Position numbers and translations under genes: made by a program
From: Camelus ferus
Lineage: Eukaryota
Length of the DNA: 64,000 bases
Direction of reading: 5' to 3'
Assembly: GCF_009834535.1 (NCBI RefSeq)
Contig: NC_045697.1
Coordinates: 13,702,001 to 13,766,000, forward strand
Shown: piece by piece, positions 25,965 to 39,559 of the stretch
How the letters are laid out: each line of letters begins with the position of its first letter
Numbering within the stretch: position 1 is the first letter of the stretch
Notes under the pieces: generated by a model
The model's input: the letters and a program-made list of their open reading frames with translations, nothing else
Database searches by the model: none
Told to the model about the DNA's origin: nothing

Positions 25965-27420
25965 TGATGTAGGTCCCCCAAATATTCCTTGGGCTCCCCT
26001 GTGCTTCCCAGCTTCCTTGCTGTAGATCGGGGCTTAGTTCTGGCCAATAGCCCCTGGCAGATGAGGTGTATGGACTGAAGTAAGTTGTGTCACTTCCAAG
26101 TCACATATTTAGTTGCCAGCATAAAGAACTCCGGGTGTTTTGTTCTCTCTGCTTTAGTGTGGTACTGAATTCCTCCATGAAGGACAGTAGATCAGAGAGT
26201 CTTTGGACCTGAAACAGACTTAACATGGGTGAGAAGCAAACAATTTTGATTTTAAGTACTGGAACTTGGGATTTCTTTGTTGCTGCAGAACTAGAATGCT
26301 GCTATGGTAAAGACTCAGCAGTTGCATGGCAGAAGGTGAGGAAATTGATATCAAAGTTTAGCAAGATATTGATCCATTTTATGGCAGTGACAAAATAACT
26401 GGCAAAACTATTGTACAATGTATTTGTGGATCTATATGAAGAGATTGGAAAATAGGACACCGATAGTATACATTGATTGCTATTGACAAGTTATTATTAA
26501 AAAAAATTAAACTCAGGAAAGAACTGACCAATTTGTGAGCAGAATTTAAAAGGAAAAGATACAAGTTCAGAAATTCAAAACCTTGCAGGATTGGAAAAGG
26601 TATTTGCTTATTACCCCTAAATAGTAAATGTAAGAGCAAAGATTATGATAGTCAAAAGTGTCCAAGAAAATGCTCATGTGATTAAGTGTTCTCAGGGCAA
26701 AGATTGGACTAAAGGCATGATGCCTTTCATTTACATAAATTTACTCAATGAAAAAATTAGATGCAGAGTGAGGCCTTGTCACGGAAGCTCTACAATCCCC
26801 AAACGGTCGATGGTAAATGAAAAGAAAGGCGTTTACAACTGGTGAAATGAAGAAATATACCTAAGTCTCCAATGAACTGTGTCCCTGATACTGGTCCACG
26901 GAGCCGACCAAAATCAAATAGACAAGAAACCTACTAAGACTTTTAGGAAGTTGTACCAGTGAAACCATAAGCATAGACTGAATAGTTCATGTTTAGTCAG
27001 ATCTTATCATTAGACCTGACAACCAAACTTTCACCAACAGTAAAGAGAAAGATGCAAAGCCCCTAGGGAAGTCTTTTCCCCATGATCCACTCCAGAGGGG
27101 ACTGAGGAAGAGAACAGAAAGGAAGACTGGCTAGAAAGTGGAGCCAGATGACACAGAGAACAATGGATTTGAGAACTCCTCCCAGACTGCAGAGTCAGGA
27201 ACTAATCAAAGAAGGCTCCATCTTACCACTGCAGGGTTCTGATCAATGTCTTTCTAGTGCAGTAGAATTGCTGTGGATCAGTGATTATTGGTGTCTTCCA
27301 TTCTTCTTTCTGAATGTGAATGCTTTTTGGTGCTATCCTGTCCTCGCTCCACTGATGTACTATGAATACTGACTGTGTGGTGGGGTAACACACTTTGTTA
27401 GTTTATAGATCCCTAGGGAA
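25965..27420 (+). mobile_element. MaLR element: MLT1-type LTR (~25965-26305) followed by internal sequence (~26306-27420)
   Basis: LTR motifs (ttctggccaat, gaagtaagttgtgtcacttcc, gtgagaagcaaac...ttaagtactgg) followed by MaLR-int-like gcagtgacaaaataactggcaaaactattg...aggaaagaactg...gattggaaaag. Confidence 0.65.
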
Positions 27421-27841
27421 GACTCCAGCCGAAAAAAAAAAAAAAAAAACCCAATATTGCTCACCAAGTACTTTATGAGCTTTCCTACATCATCCAGGCC
27501 TATTGCAGTTAGCGAGATCATATGACTTGATCTGCTCATATAAGGAATGTATTTATTTCACTTCTGTGATAAAGCAGCTAATTTGCTAAAGTAAGAGGAT
27601 ACAGTATTACCTACAGTGAGACTGAGAAAGCCTCACTTGACTAGGGGGGAGCTGTAGGACTGAAGCAGTCACCATATGGAAGAGAGCTGCTGTAAGAAAA
27701 TCATCATGACGTCAGAGGGTCTACCACAGTTTTCACATGAGCTTAAAGCCAAATGTCACTGTATTAATCTACTGGAGTTCAAGGTCTTTTGTTGTTTTTG
27801 TATTCTTTTTATTTATTTGATGACAGCAACATAGATTAACC

Positions 27842-28091
27842 CAGCATTGTACAACAGAGATACAATGTAAGCCACTTAGTAGTCATGTTCAAAAAGTAAA
27901 AGAATCAGGTGAGACGAATTTTAATATTTTATCTAACTCAATATGTGTAACATATAATCAATACGCAAATTATTGAGATGTTTTGTATTATTTGTACTAG
28001 TCTTCAAAAATCACATCTCAATTCAGACCAGCCACGTTTCCACTGGTCAACAGCTACATGTAGCTGGTGGCTACTATATTGGCTAGCACAG
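27842..28091. mobile_element. MER33-like hAT-Charlie element
   Basis: cagcattgtacaacagagatacaatgtaagccac...cacatctcaattcagaccagccac...gctggtggctactatattggctagcacag. Confidence 0.8.
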
Positions 28092-28180
28092 ATCCAGGCT
28101 GTCTAATGAATATAGCTCTGTATTATAAGTCAGCACCTTCAATTATGAAAAGAACCACCATCTTTCCTAAGGTTAGAGAA

Positions 28181-28586
28181 TGTGATGGTTAATTTTATGT
28201 GTCAACATGGAAGGTACGTTTGGATGAAATTAATATTTAAATTAGTGAACTTTAGGTAGAGCAGGATTGTCCTCCATATTGCAGGTAGGCCTCATCCAAT
28301 CAGTTGAAGGCTTGAATAGAACCAAAAGACTAGCCTCCCTGAACAAGAGAGAATTTTCCAGCAGGATGTTTTTAGACTTCATCTGTACCACTGACTCTTC
28401 TGGGTCTCTAGTCTGCTAGCCCACACTGCAGAGTTTGGGCTAATTATCCTTCCCTAATCACAGGAGCCAATTCTTCATAATAAATTAATCTCTCTCCCTC
28501 TCTCTTTTATAGATAGGTAGATAGATAGATAGATAGACAGATAGACAGATGATAGATAGTTTTTCTGGAGAATCCTGACTGATGCA
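28181..28586 (+). mobile_element. ERVL solo LTR (MLT2D-like) containing a (GATA)n microsatellite at ~28509-28559
   Basis: tgtgatggttaattttatgtgtcaac...cctcatccaatcagttgaaggcttgaatagaaccaaaagact...ttttctggagaatcctgactgatgca. Confidence 0.88.
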
Positions 28587-29512
28587 AAGAGCAATTACTT
28601 TAACTAAATTTATCCATTCCTATCTTCTGTGTTATCCACTTCTGTCATGAGAGTTAGATTTAAAAACTGCATTTTCCAGAAGATCTTATACTTTAGCACT
28701 TAGATACAATGGAGATTCCATTAATGAGTTGCATCCACAGTGTTTTTGAAAGACAGAAGTGAGGAAAAGTCTTCCTTCAAATAAGATGTAACAGACATGG
28801 GATTTTCAGTTGCTGTATTCAACTTTCCCGTGTCTAGTAACTGATGCACGGTGATATCAGCAGTGGTTCTAGCAGCAGCAACAACCTTTCCTAAGCCCTG
28901 GATCACAGCTACAGTGATGTGACCCTAAGCCTGAGGACCAGTGTGGTTCCCCAATGTTTATTCCTCTAGCCTTTCAACAATTTTCTAGTACTAATTCCAT
29001 TCTGCTTGATATACCTAGAGAGATTTCTGTTTCCAACATTAAATTCATTTGGTAGAATAATGTTATATTTAATAAGTTGCTAGATTCAAAAGATTCAGGA
29101 TCAGTTATGGTAAATCCTAAGCTGCTGGACCAAGAAAGACTAAAATACAGTTAAAGAAAATCAGAATTCATTTTTCCTTTATGTGATAGTCCAAAGATAT
29201 ATAAATTATTTTATTATGTGGGTAATATATGTAGATACAGATTGTCAAAAGGCTAGTCTTCAATTAAGAAGACAGCCCTCCTCATTGTTAAATCTTATGC
29301 AAACAAGCTTTGGAGTGGAATTGCTAAAAGCTGTGTACATGAATACTGTGGAGGGAAGTTGGTCCCTATACATCTGGAAAGGGCTTGCAATGGTCTATTA
29401 ATATGTTAAATCAAATCAAATGAATAAAATAAAGTACGGAGGAGAGATTGTTTTGGATAGGAAGTTCTGTCAAACCTAAGGGACAACCCATACTCTTATG
29501 CTAAGCTATATT

Positions 29513-30060
29513 ATTAGTCAGAAATATTTTGTTTGCAAATTTTGGAAACCCAACTTAATTTGACTTCAAGGAATTTGTTGGATCACAAAACTAAAAATTT
29601 CAGGGGTAGATTAGGCTTCAAGCAAAGCTCAATTTAAGATCTCAGATATTGCTATCAGGACTCAGTTTTATTCTTTCCACTTCAGTTTTCTACTTCTCTC
29701 TTGAGTCTGTTCTAAATCAGTATCTCCCAAGTTGGGAGCAAGGTGACAGCAAACAATTCCATCTTCTTAGTTACTCAAGAAGGGGCAAGTTCCTCTTTTC
29801 CAACAAAAGTCCCAGAACTGAGGCTCACAGAAAATAGTTTGAATTTGAATTAATGAAAATAAGGTCATGCATTCATTCCTGAATCGTATTCTGAGCATGG
29901 GTAACACAATCTGATTTGGTGATATTTCTATTTTGAAGAAGAGGGTAAAATCAGCTCTAACAAAACATGTGGAATGACACTGGGCAACTAGGTTCTTTCC
30001 AAGTGAAAATTAGTATATTCTTACCAGAAAAAGAAAATAGGAATATTATGCAAGCAGCTA
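29513..30060 (-). mobile_element. Old MaLR LTR (MLT1K-like)
   Basis: attagtcag...tttgcaa...gaaacccaact...aggaatttgttggatcaca...gcttcaagcaaagct... Confidence 0.5.
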
Positions 30061-30254
30061 GACGTTCAGTACACTAAAATATATAAATCAGTTACTTATA
30101 AGTTAAGCCTTTTAATTTTATAAGTTAAATTCTTAGCATCAAATTTTTTAATCTTATTGTATAAAAAATTTTATATACCAAAGGTAGAAAACAGCATATG
30201 ATAGATACGTGATAAACATTTGTTCTGTAAGTGGGCTTTCATTTATCAATTTAT

Positions 30255-31510
30255 CAGCTATCTGTTCCCACATAAAAATAGTCTAAAACATTTATGCCTT
30301 AAAACAACAGCTATTTATGTGCTGAAGATGCTGTGGGTCAACAGTCTGGTCAGGGCTCAAGGGGGACATCTCATCTCTGTTGCCAATTAGACTCGGTTAT
30401 TCATTTGTTGTCAGTTCTCAACTGGCAAGTAAGTTTCAACAGTTGTGAAATTTTTCTTGCTGATCTCAGAGGCCCTTACTCACAGGCTCATATTTTTTTC
30501 CTGGAGAAATAAGGGATGACTGGACCACATGTCTGTCATCCTCCTGCAGACTGACCACAGACTTTCCTTTTTTATCAAAGCAAAGAAAGCCCCAGTGCAC
30601 AGACAATTTTAAGCCTCTGTTTACATAAGACTTGCCAATATTCCCATTGGCTTATGTAAATCACAAAGAGTGGAAAAATAGATTCCATCTCTTGATAAGA
30701 GGAGCTGAGAAATATTATGGCCTTTTTATTTTTCAGTTGCCACAGTTCAGTCTACGACCACAGCTATTTGCATTCTTCCCATCTGCAAAGTAACACATCC
30801 TCCCCAATGACTCCAAAAATGTCTTGACAAATTTCAGCATCAGGCTTAAAATCTAGTATTTAATAATCTGGATCTGGTCTAAAATGGATATAGTTCCTAA
30901 GATTCATCTCCTATTGATTCGGTGGCATGTAAATTAAAAAGATAAATCATTCGCCCTTATTCTGCACATGAACAGAACAGCCACATTAGGTAAGCCTATT
31001 TCAAAAAAAAGAAGAAATAGAAAACACTGGTCCATAACAGTTGTGAAATTTATCTGTGGGATGTGCCATCTAGTCACATTACTCTGTTTCTTGGAGACAA
31101 AGTGTTTCTTGAATAGAACAGGCTCCCTGAAACGAATTCTCAACTCTACTTTTCTCCACAGTTTTCAGTTCTGCCCTCAGAGTCATTCTGCTTTTTAGAA
31201 AAGAAATACCCAAGTATTTTGCTCAACCTGCTTTTTATCTCTGGCAAGTTGAGGACCAAGAAACATTTTCTAATTTGAATTAATTCTTCCACTTTTAGTA
31301 CAAGCAGATTGTTACTACTTTCTTTAAAATTCTGTAGGTTTCCTATGATTTCACAAAAACCATATCCACATTTGGTAATGTCAATGTCATATTAGCTAAA
31401 GTAAGTCACATGAACCAACCCAGATTCAAAAGATGGAAAAATAGTTTCCAACTTTTGATGGGAGGAGTTGCAAGTTCTCATGACTTTTTTAAAATCAAAT
31501 CAACCACACA
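30255..31510 (-). mobile_element. MaLR remnant: LTR (~30255-30745), internal sequence (~30746-31370) and a second LTR fragment (~31370-31510)
   Basis: ttaaaacaac...gggtcaacagtctggtcagggctca...cccattggcttatgtaaatcaca...aaaatagattccatctcttgat. The same LTR 3' motif recurs at 31390-31470 (aaagtaagtcacatg...aaaatagtttccaacttttgatgggaggag). Confidence 0.65.
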
Positions 31511-32654
31511 ATAGGAGGTTTAAATATTTGCTAGGAAATGTTCATATTTATTACAGTAAGTAAAAATGCTATTGTGTGATATTAAACTCCTGATTCTTTA
31601 TGGACATTGACTTTCCCCCCAAACAAACTTAATGTCAATTAGCATCTGGCATTAAATCAAATCAGGCAGACAAAAGGGGGGGGGGGAATAAAAGCATGTG
31701 GGATGTGTAAAATGGTTAGGCATGAAACTCATAAAAGAATAAACAGGTTCCCAAATTCAATTTTCTAGACACAGTCTCTAAATATCCTCAGAACAATATC
31801 ACAAATCCCAGAATTCTGAACTAAGCATTAATACTGACCTCAAATTTTGGATTTAAAATAAAGAATTCATAAGCAATTACTAACTAATCCAAAGACATTT
31901 TTGCAGATCTCACCACTATCATAAGAAATGACACCTATTCTTTGAGTAAAAGGGAATATTTGTCCTTAAATCTGCCCTGCAGTATTAGCATTACATTACA
32001 TTTAATTTAGGATACAGAAATTCACTGCCATAAAGTAGTTAGAAAAGATAGTGGAAATTTTTGCAAGCCAATAAATATTTTCAAAGCTATCATTAAGGGT
32101 CAGTATACTTACCCAGTTTCTATAGAAACCATATTTCAGTAACTCAGTATCTGAAATAAAATCACCTTGAAGCAAACTAAAAATATTCTATGTATTGTAT
32201 TATAAGATATAAGCTTTAGAACAATGATTCATGAATTAAAAACATAAAACGTCTCATTTTCCTTTAACTACTTAGTGAGTCATGTGGAATATAAAATTTC
32301 AAACAAACTTGATAAACATTACAATTATTCCTCTTTTCTAGTCCCTCAACACGATGTATTTTCTGTCTTTAGACATGAGGTAGGAGGGGTATGTGGCTGA
32401 TAGGAATGGAGGAGCAGTTGGATGGAGAAAAATCAACCTTCCTTCTGGAAGTTCATACTCAAGGGAAGAGATCTACATACAATAGTTTGGGTACAAACTA
32501 TGACATAAAGATGCCAAATCTTATTAAGAACTTCATCAATGCAAACCATGAACTTAACATGTCCTTACTCATTGCTAGGTCCTGTACTAGGCTGTGGGAG
32601 TGAGGTTGTCATAACAGCATTTTATGGCATTTAATTTAAATAGCTGATTAAAAA

Positions 32655-33316
32655 AAATACAGCTACACAAAAATCTACACAGGAATGATTATTGTGGCTT
32701 TATTCATAATTGCCAAAATTTAGAAGCAATCAAGATGTCCTTCAGTAGGTAAATGGATAAGTAAGCTATGGAACATCCCCACAATGGAGTATTATTCAGC
32801 ATTAAAAATAAATGAGCTATCAAGTCATGTGTGAAAAGATTTGGGAGAGCCTTAAATGCATATTACTAAGTGAAAGAAGTCAATCAGAAAAGGCCACAGA
32901 CTATATTATGCCAACTACATGACGTACTGAAAAGGAAAAACCGTAGAGACAGTAAAAAGATTAGCCAATGGCTAGGGAAAAGGGGCCAGTGGTGCATAAG
33001 CAGAGCAAAGATTCGGAAAAGAATGAGAATTCTCTTTACGATACCACAGCGATGCATATATGTCATTATATATTTGTTCAAACACATAGAAGGTGCAACA
33101 CCAAGAGTGAACCTTAATTTAAACTATGGACATTGTATAATTATAATGTGTCAGTGTAGGTTCATCCGTTGTAACAAATGTACCGCTCTGGTGAGGGATG
33201 TTGATAATGGGGGAGGCTGTACATGTGTGGGGGCAGGAAGTACGTGGCGAATCTCTGTGCTTTCCTCTCAATTTTGTATGAACCTAAAATTGCTCTTAAA
33301 AAAACAATGTAAAAAA
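32655..33316 (+). mobile_element. L1MB/L1MC-type L1 3' end
   Basis: ttcataattgccaaaa...aagatgtccttcagtaggtaaatggata...ctaagtgaaagaagtcaatcagaaaaggc...aaactatggac...gtaacaaatgtaccgctctgg...gaacctaaaattgctct. Confidence 0.9.
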
Positions 33317-33317
33317 A

Positions 33318-33402
33318 GAAAGGGGGAGAGAAAGGAAGCATGGAAGGAAAGAAGAAAGGAAGGGAGGAAGGGAGGGAGGAAGGAAGGAAGAAAGGAAAGA
33401 AG
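33318..33402 (+). repeat. (GAAG/GGAG)n purine microsatellite grown from the L1 tail
   Basis: Seen directly. Confidence 0.9.
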
Positions 33403-34108
33403 ATGGAAGTTATGCTTAGTTTGCAAATGCTTGTTAAAAATAACCTGGTATGAAACTGTAATTCTATTTTTTAAAGTGGTTTCAGTATTGATAACTTAAA
33501 TTCAGACATTTATTTCTTTGAAAACAGAAATTAAAACCTACTAAAATATACATCTGTTATAATAGAAACAAAAAAATTGTTAAGATGATGAGGATCAGAA
33601 CACTGTATTTCAATTTAGAGAATCCAGGAAGGTTTAGTAGAGGAGAAGGTGTTTGTATTGGGCTTTTGAATGTGCACAGAAAAATCTGGTATTCTGATAA
33701 GTGGGTTTATTTCTTATAATTTTTCCTTTCTACCTTTAGTATACCTTTATATTTTTTATATTTTAAACCACTTTAAAATTGAGCTTATGTATATCCGTAT
33801 GACTTAGCAACTAGAATAAAGAATTGAGACCATGTGTGTCAACATGACTCAATTTATTTCTTCTGTGAAATTCTTCTCCAGGAAGATAAGACTGTAAACC
33901 AAAAAATAACTTCACTATGTGTTTCCAGCAATTCCTATTAAAATTATCTGCATAGAGTTTTCTCACGTAGATAATTATTTCTTCTATCAATAAAATAGAA
34001 TATTCATCTGGGTAAAGAGTTTGTTCACCAAACAACAGAATCTCATCAATATTTCCTCACCAATCCTGTTCTATTATCTCATGAGCTTTGCCCAGCTGCA
34101 GTCAGTCC

Positions 34109-34340
34109 TATGATGGTTAATTCTATATGTCAGCTTGACTGGGCTAAGGAATGCCCTGATCATAAAGCATTATTTCTGGGTATGCCTTTGAATTTCCAAA
34201 GAAGACTAGCACTTGAATCAGTAGATCTGAGTAAAGATTGCCTTCACCAATGTGGGTGGACATCATCCAATCCATTGAGAGCCCAAATAAAATAAGAAGG
34301 TGGAGGAAGGACAAATTTTCTCTCTTCTTTGGTTGTAGCA
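34109..34340 (+). mobile_element. Partial ERVL LTR (MLT2B-like, 5' half)
   Basis: tgatggttaattctatatgtcagcttgactgggctaagg...ttgaatcagtagatctgagtaaagattgccttcaccaatgtgggtggacatcatccaatccattgag. Confidence 0.85.
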
Positions 34341-35349
34341 TTCACCCAGTAATTTAACAATTCTAGCTTTGCTTAGTCAACAAGTCATTCCGGTAGACTT
34401 GTGGAGGAGTCAGCTCTTGACAACCTTAGAGTGCCCACCCAAACCCAACTGAGACACCATTGCCGTCATGGGTCAACATTCTGCCCTCAGAAAACCCATT
34501 CCTCTGAGGCCCTGGATCCTTCCACCAATGGCTCTTCATGGCCAAGTGATGCTCTCCCTTTCAGAAGTGGGTTTAATAGACTTAGCTTTATTTGGTTGGT
34601 AAGTTTTTCTGATTTTTTTTTTTTGATATTTGACCATCAACATAAAAGTATTTTGCTCCCAAAGGACTATACCATTCCATACACCTTATTTGAGGCTCAT
34701 CCATTGGCATATTTTATTCCCAGAAATTTCCCACTGAGAATAGTAAACATCACATAAGGGGAATGTCTCAGAGGTCACTGGCTATTAAAAAACAGAGACA
34801 GAATTTGAATCCAGGTCTAGCTAACTCCAAAGCCACTGATACTGCTGCTAAACACCATTGGTTAAAATCTGATTATACAAGATGATTGCACAACCAGAGA
34901 AATGAAATAGAAGTACTTTTCCCTATTCCTCCCGTGAAGTACAGCTAAAATCCTGAACATTATATATAAAGCAAATATAATAATACTCTGAGAAGTGGAG
35001 AGAAAAAACAGAATAGTTAGGGAACTTGGGATTCAAGCACACAGTAGCAAGTACATGGGTTTCTTTTTGTCTCATCCCTGACTAGGTGCTGGAGAAGCTA
35101 GCCATATATTTTTTTTCAATATTTCAATATAAATCTGTGACGAAAATTCACACACTACAAATAAGAAGAGCAGTCTTGCTAAGTGTATGAATTGATGGCT
35201 GTCTGTTCTACAGATAACTGTAAGATACACAATGGTTGCCAAACGCTGGTGCAGATATGTAAGATTATAGGATAAATAAGAATATTTTCTTCAACAGTTC
35301 TCAAGGGACTCACAATCTAGGCAGGCAGACAAACAAGTAAGCAAATCAC

Positions 35350-35580
35350 TTCATTTATTGAGAACTTCCTAAGCACTGGACACTGGGCTGAAGCTAAATC
35401 CTATTTAATACTCATCATCCTATGAACTAGATTCTCTTATTTTTATTTTATGAAAAGGACAACTGAAGCATAGATAGTTTAAATAAATTGTCCAATATTA
35501 TATAATGAGCAAGAAGCAGAACCAGGATTCAAACCCAAGTTTGTGTGATTTCCAAGTCCAAGGTCTTAACCCCCTTGTAT
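35350..35580 (-). mobile_element. MIR SINE
   Basis: cctatgaactag...aactgaagcatagatagtttaaataaattgtccaa...ccaggattcaaacccaag. Confidence 0.75.
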
Positions 35581-36329
35581 ATAGCTTTCTATAAATATTC
35601 ACATCATTAGGGACAGTGGGAAAATGCAGTCATTACACCTACATGTTTAAAAGAAGGGTTAGAAATAATCATATTCATTTCCCATCACATCTAGCACAGC
35701 ACCAGCGTATTGATGTGTATCGAGTTGTGTCTAATTTTATTCAAAAGAGCTGCATAAATTAAAAGGTATAGTATATTTTCTAATTTTATATGTTTACCAT
35801 ATTCTGTATAGTATCTATAAAGCATAGCAGATAGAGAGTTTTATTTACGTTCTCAGTCCAACATGCTACCTCTCCTTTTTTTCTTGCAATATTTAATGTA
35901 GCTGGTTCTCCTCCTTCATTAGCCTCCATCCGCACCCCATCTAACCTTCCTAAATAATCCAAGACCTAAGAGTCCAATATTCCAGTCACTTAAGTATGCT
36001 ATTAATTGCTATTTTGTGAACAAAATACATCCAATTGAACCTATTTGTGTTTTATATTTGTTTTTAAATAGCCCATGCACCATTATGTCAACACATACTT
36101 TTTATTTTCCCTTTTCAGCATTTCTGAAATTAATAATAATGCATTGGCAATTAATTTAATTTAAGTTTTAAAACACCTGCTGGGCGTTTTATGCTTTTTA
36201 TGGTTTCAGAGAGTAGGGGTTAGCATGTGTGCAATATGGAAAGATTTTTATTTCTTTGCTCTCGCTCTCTCCCTTTTTTAAAAAAAAAATTTTACTGCCA
36301 CATCAAATTTATACTATATATTCCCATGC

Positions 36330-36960
36330 TATAAAAATGCCTGCTTTCCAAACTATCGCATGTGCAGTTTTATAAGGTGCACCAAAGGGTATTTCCCTTT
36401 CCTGCACCATTTTGATAATCACTCTGCCTTAATGCATGAAGGGGTTCTTTTGTATAATGGATGTTGGAATGTGTTGATAACTTTAACAGACAGTTGTTAA
36501 ATTGAGCATACATTTAGACAGCAATTTGGACGGGCTGTAACTACAATACCTAACGCGCTACCAGAAGAAACTGACATATTTCAGGAAGGGTGATCGCTCG
36601 TAATTCATCAGATATTAAATGACAAGATTGGTTTAACACATTCTATATATCTCATCCTGGTTGACATGCTACTATTTTACTTGCCCGAGAGTGCAAATCA
36701 AAATGGCAGCTAATACTGTGCTCACGTTTCAGACAATCGAGGGCTGTAATAATGGAGCAAATGTTGTTAAATGTGCATTATTGCCACACTCATTTTCATC
36801 TTCATCACCATAATTAAATTAGTTGAAAGCACGCACTGAGATCATGACATGCTGCTAAGTGCTTTGTGCCTTTTATGGAACTACACCAGTATCTACACAC
36901 TGAGAAGTGACAGCAATTAATTTGAATTAACCGCCCCCTGCATCCATAGTCTCTGCCCCA
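36330..36960. promoter_or_regulatory. Candidate conserved non-coding element / developmental enhancer
   Basis: No repeat recognised; 10 CpG in 36531-36933; homeodomain-type TAAT clusters, YY1-like CAAAATGGCAGC (36699-36710), partial CTCF-like motif (36931-36944). Conservation is inferred, not measured. Confidence 0.45.
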
Positions 36961-37429
36961 CCTGACTTAATGAGCACACTGTGAAAATCCTTAAGCACCA
37001 GAATAGAGTTTTGTGGTTTATGTTTCCGTTCTCACAGTGTAGGGACACTCCTCCAAAGAGGAAAATAGTAAAAAGAAAGGCAAGAAAGCTAAAACCCATA
37101 GCATGACAGATTGTACCCTCCTTTGCTCACGAGACTGTGGGCAGCATGGGTTAATAACACCAACCACAGCACCACCCCTCAGTGTTGGAACAACTGCTTC
37201 AGCGGGTCCTTCTCCCAATCGGAGACGATTTTTGTCTTTGCTCATGCATATTTCATGGCTGATAATTGATTTTCTTCTTTCTCTACCTGGAAAGAAATTA
37301 CTCATGATTTAGGTACTGTCCGTGGGAAATAGTAATTGACTTGAAAGCCCAGCAATATTTTACTAATTCTTATTGCCCCTGTCCTTAGGTTTGGCATACA
37401 CAACACATGGTAACAATGTTGACTGAATG

Positions 37430-37600
37430 AACATTTTGAATCAAGCAGACATTCTGGCCCCAACGCTCACTAAGTGAGAATGCTAAGTTAGTTAAAATCT
37501 CTGAGCCTCAGTCTTCTAATCTATAAAATCAGGAAAATGGAATTTATCTCAAGGTCTGATAATTTTATGAGATGTCTGTATTAAATGCTTAGTACAGCCT
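37430..37600 (+). mobile_element. MIR SINE
   Basis: ttgaatcaagcagac...aaatctctgagcctcagtcttctaatctataaaatcagg...taaatgcttagtacagcc. Confidence 0.75.
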
Positions 37601-39559
37601 AAAGATAGGGTTCCCTTTTGCTTCCCCACCGTTCCTCCTTCTGCATTTCTCTTCTCATGTTTGTTGTCTTTTCCCCAATTTCCTCTTGAGCTTTCTTTCT
37701 TCCTAATTCAAATTCCCAGAATCAGACTCAGACTTTCTTCACGCCAAAAGACGTGGCTACCTCCCCTGACACAGAATGTGTAGTGCTCCCCGCACCTGGG
37801 GTGATCTCTTATTCTGAGAGGTAGACCAGGTGACAAAAATCTTGCAAAACACAATTTATCAAAAACCGCATTTCCTAGTCATAGTAATGTAAACAATTTG
37901 ATGTTCTGAGTGTGGACTCATGTATTTCATGCCTCTCAACACAATAGACAAAAGCACTGTTTTGCTAACCACACTAAAGGGAATCTCAATTGTCCATCAA
38001 TTTTCTTTACAATAATTTTCCAAAAGCATTGTCACATAAAGAAGGAACTAGAGAGCATACAACAAAGAAATGAACAAAAATGAGAAGACGGTTAGCAGTA
38101 AGTTGTTATTTACTAAATGTACTGTGCTATTTTCTAGACTTATTATATTTGTGGTATTTGTTCGTTTTTGTTTTTTTTTTTACATTTCCAACTTGTACTT
38201 TTTTCTTTTTCAAAATAACCATTCATTTTCATACTTAACTTTGCATTTTTTTGTAATAAACAGTGCAAAATTGTATTAGCTTCAGCATCTACCTATAAAC
38301 TCTTGATCCAACCTTACACAAACACTTGACATCATGCATCTATAGTCAGCCTTCTTACTTACATGGAAGCTTCCATGGGTGTAAGAAACTCAGTTTTCAT
38401 GTTCACCTGTGTTTTTTCAGTGTCTACACTGGAGCTCAAACTTTCAACTTCCAAAGAGACAATATTTTCCATCTTTTAACACGACTATGAGGCATCTCTT
38501 TATATCATAGTCCACCTCGAGTGGCTCCCTCAAGCTTTACTTCACATGAAATGCACAAGACCCTACATCAAAGTCTAAAATGTAGTTATTCTATTGGGAT
38601 GGTACCGATGCTTGCTCCCAGGAAATTGTGAGATCGGGAGAGGTCGCTGCAGGATATGCAAGCATCTGCCCCTTAGGGGTGTGTGGCACGGCCGGGAATG
38701 TCCCATGCGCACTGAGCCATGACTTCAAGTATATTTCTTTGGCTGTGGATTCCTGGGAAACAGTAAGTGCAGACAGACAGCATTGCATAGAGTAATTAGG
38801 AACAGAATGGCTCCTTTTGAGATCGTCCTCAGGAAACTGTTGCCAACTGGAAGACACACCCAAAAAACTTTCCGCTGAACCTCCTTGTCTAGTGAGAGGG
38901 GACAGCTGACAGCATAAGTATTTGAGCTACTTCAGTTTGCACTTCATTGAAGAGTGAAACACTCATACACTCTTGTTAAAAGAAGTTACATGGAATTTAT
39001 CCATGAAAACCCATCGTTAATGTCCCTAATGATCTTCCAAATAAGGTAGAAAGAATGAACACATTTCATAGACAGGAAAACCTGGATACACGGGTTCTGT
39101 TCAAGGGCAGAAGTCTGAAAAAATACAAACATTATTTTTAAGAAATTAATGTTTTGTCATGATTTCCTCACAGTCCTATCTCTGCCAGCTATAAGAAAGT
39201 GCTATTTTCTGCCAAATGGTATTCCTAACAGAAATGAATACTTTATAAATCCATTCCCTTTGAAACTTGCATTCAAGTAAAGTCACTCTTATTTTTAGAA
39301 CATTTATGCGTCCCTACTCTAAAAAAATCATTTCAAGTTCTCCTTACAAAGATCATATTTCTTCTTTACTGCCAAAAGATCGCAAATGCCTACAAGGCAG
39401 AAAACTTCCTGTTGAACAAGGGAGATTAGATGAGGCTTTCAAGAAAAGATTAATCTGTCTATTGAAATACAGTTGGTATTGCTTAAGCTGATGATTTCCT
39501 TAGCAACCATTGCGATGAAAGCAATATGACAATGTCACTGGTTTTAATGAGTGAACATT

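Noticed and set aside
27707-27714. Perfect CRE TGACGTCA
   Set aside because: A single 8-mer in probable LTR-derived sequence with no supporting context
32870-33499. Longest ORF in the track (209 aa)
   Set aside because: It lies on an L1 3' end plus the (GAAG)n repeat; the peptide is low-complexity and resembles no protein I recognise
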